A DNA stretch of 32,000 nt from assembly GCF_018398935.1 (NCBI RefSeq), contig NZ_CP074694.1, positions 4,230,001 to 4,262,000 of the forward strand, read 5' to 3'. A program made the translations under genes and the position numbers. The notes under the pieces were generated by a model that was not told where the DNA came from, did no database searches, and worked only from the letters and a program-made list of their open reading frames with translations. Shown here piece after piece: positions 25,671 through 32,000 of this stretch (positions are counted from its first letter, which is position 1; the number at the start of each line of letters is the position of its first letter). This DNA comes from Telmatocola sphagniphila. GTDB lineage: Bacteria; Planctomycetota; Planctomycetia; Gemmatales; Gemmataceae.

Positions 25671-26073
25671 AACGAAAACTCCCTGAAGCGTGCAAACACT
25701 CAGACATCCGGTCGGAGACCGGGCAAGATGTGGTGCGATACCGCTTCTTTAATATTACCCACATTAACAAATCGGTGTCAAACAGATTGCGCGCCGGGAA
25801 AAGAATCGTTGCGACGTAAACTCCGTGCATGCCGAAAGTAACGGTCCTAGCCAGGAGTATTATGACTCTCAAAAATGGTATTATTAAGATTAGGATGGCA
25901 GTCGAATTTTCGCGGCCCGTATCCACTCTCAGAACTGGGGAACAAAGATTGTTCAAGCTAAAATCATTGTAATAATTCCAAAAAACTTGTTGACTTCGAA
26001 CCCGTTTTGGCGCACTTATACTCCCCACGGATTTTGATTCACCACTCGTTTGTGGCCAAGGAGGGTCTGCAGC

Positions 26074-26349
26074 ATGTTTTATCAAACCGAAGACAAAGCC
26101 CAGGGTTGGCGTGCAATGGTTACGTTTAAGGATGGCCGGTCGGAAGCGCTGTTGCTTCTCGGTCAATCCTCGACCCGAATTCGTTCCGGGTACATCACGG
26201 CTTTCAACGAAGTTCTCGACGACGAAGAGCGGATGCTGGCCGAAACCATCTCGCTGCAACAATGGGAAGGCGCGGCCGACGCTGGCCGTTGGAAGCACAA
26301 GACTTCCCTGAAAGTACCCGTCGAAAAGATGGCTACGGCCGCGGCTTAA
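26074..26349 (+). CDS. Small hypothetical protein (91 aa)
   Basis: An AAGGAGGG Shine-Dalgarno (26058-26065) lies 8 nt before ATG 26074. The product is MFYQTEDKAQGWRAMVTFKDGRSEALLLLG..., with no motif I recognise. Confidence 0.5.
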   Translation: MFYQTEDKAQGWRAMVTFKDGRSEALLLLGQSSTRIRSGYITAFNEVLDDEERMLAETISLQQWEGAADAGRWKHKTSLKVPVEKMATAAA

Positions 26350-26361
26350 TTTCCCGGGAAC

Positions 26362-27042
26362 TTAAATACTAAAGCGTTCCAGCGATTCCGAATCTTCGGG
26401 ATCGCGATTCGAGCCCACTTCCATCGTCGTTACGCAAAGAAATTGCCCGCTTTCAGGTTCGTATTCGAAGACCTGGCCGGTTTCGAATTTGTAAACCCAG
26501 CCATGCAGCTTTACGCGATCTTCGTTCAACGCCCGGCTGACGGCCGGATGCGTTCGAAGATTGATCAATTGAACCAGAACATTTTCCTGGGTGGCGATAT
26601 TCAGTCGTTCCCCCAGGGTGGTTGCCTGATAGCGTTCTTCCACGATCATTCGGGCCAGCTCGGAATGCTCCAGCCAATTTTTCAAAGAAGGCATTTTCTC
26701 CAGGCTGTTTTTATTCAGTAGCCCTTTCATCGCGCCGCAGTGGGAATGCCCGCACACGATAATATCCTTAATTCCCAGACCTTCGATGGCGAATTCGATG
26801 GTCGCCTGCTCTCCCGCCTTCAGATCTGGGCCATAGGGCGGGACGATATTCCCGGCATTGCGAAGAATTAGAAGCTCGCCCGGATCCGTCTGGGTAATCA
26901 TGTTGGGGTTAATGCGGGAATCGCTGCAGGTGATCATCAGCGTTTCCGGTTTCTGACCATGGGCCAAATGTTCAAAGAATTCACGCTTCGACCGGAAAAC
27001 GGTCGATTGAAATTCATGTATTCCCTTGATCAATCGATGCAT
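26362..27042 (-). CDS. Beta-class carbonic anhydrase
   Basis: PETLMITCSDSRINP, LRNAGNIV and IIVCGHSHCGAMKG give the Cys-Asp-Arg ... His-x-x-Cys zinc site. Confidence 0.88.
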   Translation of the reverse strand: MHRLIKGIHEFQSTVFRSKREFFEHLAHGQKPETLMITCSDSRINPNMITQTDPGELLILRNAGNIVPPYGPDLKAGEQATIEFAIEGLGIKDIIVCGHSHCGAMKGLLNKNSLEKMPSLKNWLEHSELARMIVEERYQATTLGERLNIATQENVLVQLINLRTHPAVSRALNEDRVKLHGWVYKFETGQVFEYEPESGQFLCVTTMEVGSNRDPEDSESLERFSI

Positions 27043-27132
27043 TGCGGATTCTCCCGAGTCTACCTTGTTCCTGCGCTATCCTCTATAAACTAACAACCAG
27101 GCTGCTTTAATGAATACTTAGAGGTAGCGGCA

Positions 27133-28446
27133 ATGCCGTATTTCCCTGAAGTCTCCAAAATCGCTTATGAAGGACCGGATTCCAGAAATCCGCTCGCCTT
27201 CCGACACTACAACGAAGCGGAAATCATCGATGGCAAGTCGATGAAAGATCACCTTCGCTTTGCCGTTTGCTATTGGCACACCTTCCGAGGCACCGGCAGC
27301 GACCCCTTCGGTCCCGGCTGTGCCGTTCGTCCCTGGGAGGATGGGACGGATAGCGTCGAGATGGCCGTGAAGCGAGTTCGAGTCGCTTTCGAGTTCATGG
27401 AAAAGCTGGGTGCCCCCTATTATTGTTTTCACGACCGGGACGTTTCGCCAGAGGGAAAAAACCTCGCTGAAACGAATAAAAACCTCGATGTAGTGGTTAA
27501 AGCCCTCAAAGAGGAACAACAACGGACCGGAATTCAGCTTCTTTGGGGTACGGCCAACCTTTTCAGCAATCCTCGCTTCGTGCACGGGGCTTCCACTTCG
27601 CCTAACGCGGATGTTTTCGCATACTCCGCGGCCCAGGTCAAAAAGGCCATGGAAGTGACCAAGGAACTGGGTGGCGTGAACTACGTTTTCTGGGGTGGCC
27701 GTGAAGGCTACATGAACCTTTACAACACCAACCTACGACGTGAACTCGATCACCTCGGCAGATTCCTGAGTCTGGCCGTCGATTACAAAAAGAAAATTGG
27801 CTTTACCGGCCAGTTTCTGATTGAACCGAAACCGAAGGAGCCCACCACGCATCAGTACGACACCGACTGTGCCGCCTGCATGGCCTTCCTGCGGACCTAT
27901 GGGCTCGAGAAGGACTTCAAGTTTAATATAGAAACGAATCATGCGACCCTGGCCGGGCATACGATGCTGCACGAAATGACCTATGCGTCTTCGTACGGCA
28001 TGCTCGGCTCGCTCGATGCGAATCGCGGCGATCTGCTACTCGGCTGGGACACCGACCAGTTCCCCACCGACCTTTACCTGACGGCCCAGTGCATGCTGGT
28101 CATTCTGGAACAGGGTGGCCTCGGTTCCGGTGGCTTGAATTTCGATGCCAAGGTTCGCCGGGAAAGCTTCGAACCGATCGATTTGTTCCATGCTCACATC
28201 GGCTCGATGGATGCCTTCGCGCAGGGCCTGAAAATCGCCGCGGCCATCCGCAAGGATGGGCTGCTGAAGAATTTTGTCAAAGAACGTTATTCGAGCTGGG
28301 ATAGCGGAATTGGTGCCGATATCGAAGCGGGCAAAGCCAAGTTCGAAGAACTGGAAAAATACATGCTCGAAAAAGGCGATTCGGCCAAAAACGTGTCGGG
28401 TCGACAGGAAATGCTTGAAAACATCATCAACCGGTACATCCGCTAA
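27133..28446 (+). CDS. xylA: Xylose isomerase
   Basis: [77 protein letters not shown] and LGWDTDQFP are the class II XylA hallmarks. Confidence 0.93.
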   Translation: MPYFPEVSKIAYEGPDSRNPLAFRHYNEAEIIDGKSMKDHLRFAVCYWHTFRGTGSDPFGPGCAVRPWEDGTDSVEMAVKRVRVAFEFMEKLGAPYYCFHDRDVSPEGKNLAETNKNLDVVVKALKEEQQRTGIQLLWGTANLFSNPRFVHGASTSPNADVFAYSAAQVKKAMEVTKELGGVNYVFWGGREGYMNLYNTNLRRELDHLGRFLSLAVDYKKKIGFTGQFLIEPKPKEPTTHQYDTDCAACMAFLRTYGLEKDFKFNIETNHATLAGHTMLHEMTYASSYGMLGSLDANRGDLLLGWDTDQFPTDLYLTAQCMLVILEQGGLGSGGLNFDAKVRRESFEPIDLFHAHIGSMDAFAQGLKIAAAIRKDGLLKNFVKERYSSWDSGIGADIEAGKAKFEELEKYMLEKGDSAKNVSGRQEMLENIINRYIR

Positions 28447-28483
28447 TGCGCGCTCCCGTAAGCCTTTCATTTCGTATCACGCG

Positions 28484-29365
28484 ATGAAAGGCGCCCCTTT
28501 CACGCAACTGTGCCGACAAATGGCCTCGGCCAGTTCGAGCCGAATTGATCTACACACTCATACCACTGCCAGCGATGGAGACTGGGCTCCCAGTCTCCTG
28601 ATCCAGCAAGCCATTCAGAAGAAAATTCAGGTTCTGGCCATCACCGATCACGACACCACCTACGGTTTCGAGTTAGCATCTCGAATCCCCTCGGTATCAC
28701 TCACTCTCATTCCGGGCGTGGAAATCACAACCCGATACAAGGATCGGGAAACGCACCTTCTGGCATATCTTTTCGACCCTCTACATGCGGAACTACAAAC
28801 GCTGCTGGCCCTTCTTCGGGAGCAACGCAGAGAACGATTGCGGGCCAGACTGGAACTTTTGAAAAAAGCCGGTTACCGAATGGAGATCGAAAATCTCTTC
28901 GAGGAGTCGATCCGCTCCCTGGGCCGACGGCATCTCGCCCGGCATCTGATTCAATCTGGCCAGGCGCGGAGCAGCACCGAAGCTTTTCAAAAGCACCTGA
29001 AGTTGCCGTCGGAGACGAGTTTGCCTCATGTCGGCGTCCCTTTAGAGCAAATGATCGACATGGTGCATCGGGCCGGTGGGTTGACCAGTTTGGCCCACCC
29101 GCCGCAGCATTTGACGACAGAGGAACTGCAGGACCTGAAATTCCTGGGTCTCGATGCGCTGGAGTGCGAATATCCCTGGGGAAAATCGAGTAGGACACAG
29201 CAACTGCGAGAAGTCGCGGAACAAGTCGGACTACTCATCACCGGCGGCAGCGATTTCCATGGCGATGATAAAGGTCCTCGGGCATTGGGCCAACGGGGAA
29301 TCTCTCCGGTGGACTGGAGGCACCTTCTCTCCGTACATCAACAAGTGTCAATCTCCGTGAAATAA
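28484..29365 (+). CDS. PHP-domain phosphoesterase (TrpH/YciV-like)
   Basis: RIDLHTHTTASDGDWAP, VLAITDHDT, IPGVEITT, THLLAY, LAHP and GGSDFHG match the family. The start is uncertain: ATG 28484 or ATG 28520. The ORF-track extension back to 28274 overlaps the xylA 3' end in another frame and is not homologous. Confidence 0.8.
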   Translation: MKGAPFTQLCRQMASASSSRIDLHTHTTASDGDWAPSLLIQQAIQKKIQVLAITDHDTTYGFELASRIPSVSLTLIPGVEITTRYKDRETHLLAYLFDPLHAELQTLLALLREQRRERLRARLELLKKAGYRMEIENLFEESIRSLGRRHLARHLIQSGQARSSTEAFQKHLKLPSETSLPHVGVPLEQMIDMVHRAGGLTSLAHPPQHLTTEELQDLKFLGLDALECEYPWGKSSRTQQLREVAEQVGLLITGGSDFHGDDKGPRALGQRGISPVDWRHLLSVHQQVSISVK

Positions 29366-29406
29366 TCGGACCTTTAACTGATCCAGATCTGCATTCAGGA
29401 AAATCC

Positions 29407-30321
29407 ATGCTCGGTTCGTTCTTCAAGAAAGTCAAAAAAAGCCTGACGAGAACCCGCGAAGTATTCGGCGGGTTGGTCGATCTGGTACGCGGCCGCGGTA
29501 AGGTAGACAAGCAATTCCTGACCGAGCTGGAAAAACGCCTTTACCTGGCCGATGTGGGCGGCGCTGCGGTAGCCACAATCGTCGATCGGGTGAAGCAATC
29601 GTTCATCGACAAGGAAATTACCGGGGAAGTCGAAGAGTTCGTTAAGAAACAGTTGCGTGAAATGCTTTCGGCACCTACTCAAGGGGTCCAATTTGCTGGG
29701 AGCGGACCCACAGTTATCATGATCGCCGGTGTGAATGGATCGGGCAAAACCACTTCCATTGCCAAACTGGCGAACAATCTGAAACTACAGGGCAAAAAGG
29801 TCTGTGTGGCGGCCTGTGACACATTTCGGGCCGCCGCCGTGGAACAATTGACGATCTGGAGCGAACGGATCGGCGTGGAGATCGTCAAAAATCAGCAGGG
29901 CTCCGACCCGGCGGCCGTGGCGCACGACGCCTGCGAACGAGTCAAAGCCCGCGAATTTGATGTGCTAATCGTAGACACCGCCGGCCGGCTCCATACCCAA
30001 ACTCATCTCATGCGGGAACTGGAAAAGATTCATCGCATTGTTCAGAAGCAGATACCGGGGGCTCCTCACGAAGTGTTACTGGTTTTGGATGCCACCACGG
30101 GACAGAATGCGATCGCACAGGCGGAGGAGTTTTCCAAATCCGTCAAATGCACGGGAATTATTCTCACTAAACTGGATGGCACGGCCAAAGGCGGCGTGAT
30201 CTTCGGCATCAAGAGCAAGCTGGGGCTGCCAGTTAAGTACATCGGCGTCGGTGAGGGGTTGGATGACCTCGACATATTCAATCCCGATGAATACGTCGCC
30301 GCCCTGTTTGAGAAGACGTAA
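29407..30321 (+). CDS. ftsY: Signal recognition particle receptor FtsY (short form, NG domain only)
   Basis: The amphipathic N-terminus is MLGSFFKKVKKSL. GVNGSGKTTSIAKLA, AACDTFRAAAVEQL, DTAGRLH, LTKLDGTAKGG and GVGEGLDDL follow. Confidence 0.92.
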   Translation: MLGSFFKKVKKSLTRTREVFGGLVDLVRGRGKVDKQFLTELEKRLYLADVGGAAVATIVDRVKQSFIDKEITGEVEEFVKKQLREMLSAPTQGVQFAGSGPTVIMIAGVNGSGKTTSIAKLANNLKLQGKKVCVAACDTFRAAAVEQLTIWSERIGVEIVKNQQGSDPAAVAHDACERVKAREFDVLIVDTAGRLHTQTHLMRELEKIHRIVQKQIPGAPHEVLLVLDATTGQNAIAQAEEFSKSVKCTGIILTKLDGTAKGGVIFGIKSKLGLPVKYIGVGEGLDDLDIFNPDEYVAALFEKT

Positions 30322-30337
30322 ACGATCATTTGGCATT

Positions 30338-30658
30338 TCAGATGTTAACTGGTTCGAATTCCGCAAAGAGTTGCTGGCACTCGGCCAAGGTATTCAGCGG
30401 CTTGTAATCGCACGCCGCCCCGAACTCAGCCCATAGCGCATGCACGGCGGGCAAAGAGTGTGCTTTCGCAATAGCCTCCGCCGATAACCATTCGAAGATT
30501 TCAACGAGGGTGCCATCCGCCCCTCGCATGACATAGGCGGGTCGATCTGTTACCAGATTTTCTCCTCGCAATACCGCCAAATGCTTGCGCACGGCATTCA
30601 GAAGAGCCTCGTCCTGCCCCGGCTTGGGAGCATACGCCACAATTACGAAACGGCCCAT
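30338..30658 (-). CDS. Small ABM-like protein (dimeric alpha/beta-barrel, antibiotic-biosynthesis-monooxygenase-type), hypothetical
   Basis: The 106-aa product reads FVIVAYAPKPGQDEALLNAVRKHLAVLRGE...VEIFEWLSAEAIAKAH, which fits the ABM beta-alpha-beta pattern. This is a pattern-level call only. Confidence 0.45.
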   Translation of the reverse strand: MGRFVIVAYAPKPGQDEALLNAVRKHLAVLRGENLVTDRPAYVMRGADGTLVEIFEWLSAEAIAKAHSLPAVHALWAEFGAACDYKPLNTLAECQQLFAEFEPVNI

Positions 30659-30952
30659 GTGTTCCTCCAGATGCGGGAAGTCTTTAATTCATCGAGCGAG
30701 AACATGCAGTTTTATGAATATTATTCCAGGAATGAGTTGCTTACCAAATCAAAACTCACTCTCTAATGCCAGTGTATCGATCTGGATCTATTTCCGGCCG
30801 ATTCAAGTGAAACTCCTTCTCACTCGCAATTTGTAATTGAATTCCAAACGATTTATCAGATTTTCTTTTCACTTTGAAATAATTCCGGATGTTTGCCGTC
30901 CAACAGGTGAGCGTGGCTATCTAGCCTCGTTGAATTTAAGTTGGAGATTAGG

Positions 30953-31885
30953 ATGAGAAGAGTGGTTCGTCGAGCCTTCACACTGATCGAGCTTTTGGTA
31001 GTCATCGCAATTATCGCCGTTCTGATCGGCTTATTGCTACCCGCTGTGCAGAAAGTTCGTGAAGCAGCGAGCCGTATGAAGTGCCAGAACAATCTGAAGC
31101 AAGTCGGTCTGGCCATGCATAATTACGAATCGGCCTTAGGCGGCTTGCCACCGCGTGGGCAATCTTGGGTTCCCTATAGCGGCTGGGGTGTTTTCATTCT
31201 GCCGTATATCGAGCAGGAACCACTGGCGAAACTCTACAACTTCTCGGCCAATTTCTGGGATCCGTCAAACGCCTCGGCAGTTTCGCAACCCGTCAAAATT
31301 TATCAATGTCCTTCAACCCCCGCTAACCGAACCGTTTCGATCATCACCGACGATGATGCTCCCATCGTAGGAATCAACACTGGAATCTCGGCGGCCGTGG
31401 GCGATTACTTTGCTCCGAATTGCGTCGATGCCTACTGGTGGCCCGCGGCTCGCTACGCGGCGGCACTCGATGAATCGAACTGTCCGGCTCTAGGTTTGGG
31501 AACCCGGCGTCGATTTACCGATATTACGGACGGAACTTCCTCCACGTTACTCGTGGCCGAAATGGCGGGACGTCCCGATTGGTACGTTATGGGTAATAAA
31601 CAGCCTACGAATGCCGGCTTGCGTTTCCCGAACTGGTGGGGACCCTGGGCCTCCTATCAATCCTGCATTTATAAAACCTGGTCAACCGATGGGTTCACCG
31701 AAGGTGGCCCCTGTACCATAAATTGCGACAATAGCCGGGGTATCTATGCTCTCCATACGGGAGGAGCCAACGCCGTCTTCTGCGACGGGTCGGTGCACTT
31801 TCTCCGGGTGGGACTGGATCGAGATATTTTCGCCGGGCTGGTCACCAAGTCGGGCGGAGAAATTCTTTCGGAAGACAGTTACTAA
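30953..31885 (+). CDS. DUF1559 / H-X9-DG protein with a prepilin-type N-terminal domain
   Basis: It has [60 protein letters not shown] and a C-terminal [17 protein letters not shown] prefer ATG 30953 (GGAG 6 nt upstream) to TTG 30941. Confidence 0.85.
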   Translation: MRRVVRRAFTLIELLVVIAIIAVLIGLLLPAVQKVREAASRMKCQNNLKQVGLAMHNYESALGGLPPRGQSWVPYSGWGVFILPYIEQEPLAKLYNFSANFWDPSNASAVSQPVKIYQCPSTPANRTVSIITDDDAPIVGINTGISAAVGDYFAPNCVDAYWWPAARYAAALDESNCPALGLGTRRRFTDITDGTSSTLLVAEMAGRPDWYVMGNKQPTNAGLRFPNWWGPWASYQSCIYKTWSTDGFTEGGPCTINCDNSRGIYALHTGGANAVFCDGSVHFLRVGLDRDIFAGLVTKSGGEILSEDSY

Positions 31886-31899
31886 AAATTGGGTGTTTC

Positions 31900-32000
31900 A
31901 TGTGGCAAGTAGCTTGTTTCTCACTGGTTTTTCTCCATCCCGGAATTCAAAAATCGGAGAAGAATCGCGAATCCATTGCTGCTCCCCAACTCAACCGCAC
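31900..32000 (+). CDS. Possible 5' end of a small gene following the DUF1559 gene (3'-partial)
   Basis: The frame is open from ATG 31900, 14 nt after the DUF1559 stop, to the window edge: MWQVACFSLVFLHPGIQKSEKNRESIAAPQLNR. The ACFSLVFL stretch loosely resembles RCISLVCLF of the lipoprotein at 11073. The visible part is too short to judge. Confidence 0.2.
   Translation, partial: MWQVACFSLVFLHPGIQKSEKNRESIAAPQLNR

Noticed and set aside
25990-26022. A sigma70-like promoter, TTGACT (25990-25995) ... TATACT (26017-26022), upstream of the small ORF.
   Set aside because: The spacer is 21 nt, too long for a canonical promoter, and the hexamer at the 17-nt position (cactta) is a poor -10.
25534-26298. 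A 254-aa minus-strand ORF spans the 25671-26073 gap and the small ORF.
   Set aside because: It overlaps the 5' end of the coiled-coil gene and the Shine-Dalgarno-preceded small ORF. It runs through the AT-rich promoter-like core and has no start context or recognisable sequence features.
26351-26360. The palindrome ttcccgggaa between the small ORF and the carbonic anhydrase gene, considered as a terminator.
   Set aside because: It is a 10-nt perfect palindrome with no loop and no flanking U/A runs, so it cannot form a stable terminator hairpin. It is probably just a SmaI/XmaI-type site.
28274-28483. An N-terminal 70-aa extension of the PHP-domain ORF, as given in the ORF track.
   Set aside because: It overlaps the last ~170 nt of xylA in another frame, and its sequence ([27 protein letters not shown]...) is not PHP-like. 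Homology begins at RIDLHTHT.
1-32000. A window-wide check for tRNA or rRNA genes, CRISPR arrays, IS elements or integrases, and long nucleotide repeats.
   Set aside because: I saw no T-loop/acceptor-type sequences outside coding frames, no regularly spaced direct repeats, and no transposase, integrase or recombinase-like ORFs. The only nucleotide-level similarity between distant sites is among the conserved 5' ends of the three DUF1559 genes, which is explained by protein conservation.

Overview
This looks like a planctomycete-type chromosomal segment. It carries three DUF1559 / H-X9-DG proteins with prepilin-type N-termini, a DUF1573 protein, and PQQ- and TolB-type beta-propellers, at mid-range GC by eye. 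I call about 27 protein genes on both strands, most of them housekeeping or conserved hypotheticals. They are: a 5'-truncated giant UvrA-family gene; a CbiM-like membrane protein; a beta-propeller/phosphoesterase followed by a DUF1559 gene; a DUF1559 plus small-lipoprotein pair; a GT2 glycosyltransferase; a SpoIIE/PP2C phosphatase; a DUF1573 protein; an ECF sigma factor; rsmH followed by a Pro-rich LysM membrane protein; hisI; TolB-like and PQQ-like propellers; a sugar-phosphate nucleotidyltransferase; a coiled-coil membrane protein; a beta-carbonic anhydrase; xylA; a PHP phosphoesterase; ftsY; an ABM-like small protein; and a third DUF1559 gene. I found no rRNA, tRNA, CRISPR array, transposase or integrase, and no recognisable defence or toxin genes. 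I cannot delimit a clear novel multi-gene system. The most unusual items are: (1) the UvrA ORF, which is two UvrA units fused in one reading frame and ends in an unassigned ~360-aa tail built from two copies of a module led by PW-xx-DGRKWH; (2) the ~1.3-kb ORF-poor gap at 14781-16064, which holds a four-half-site AAGATT/AATCTT palindrome array over a TATAAT box, a doubtful ORF with a flagellin-like N-terminus, and ~480 bp with no ORF upstream of an orphan ECF sigma gene; (3) rsmH followed by a 580-aa Pro-rich double-LysM membrane protein where ftsL/ftsI normally sit. All family assignments rest on motif recognition by eye, with no database search.
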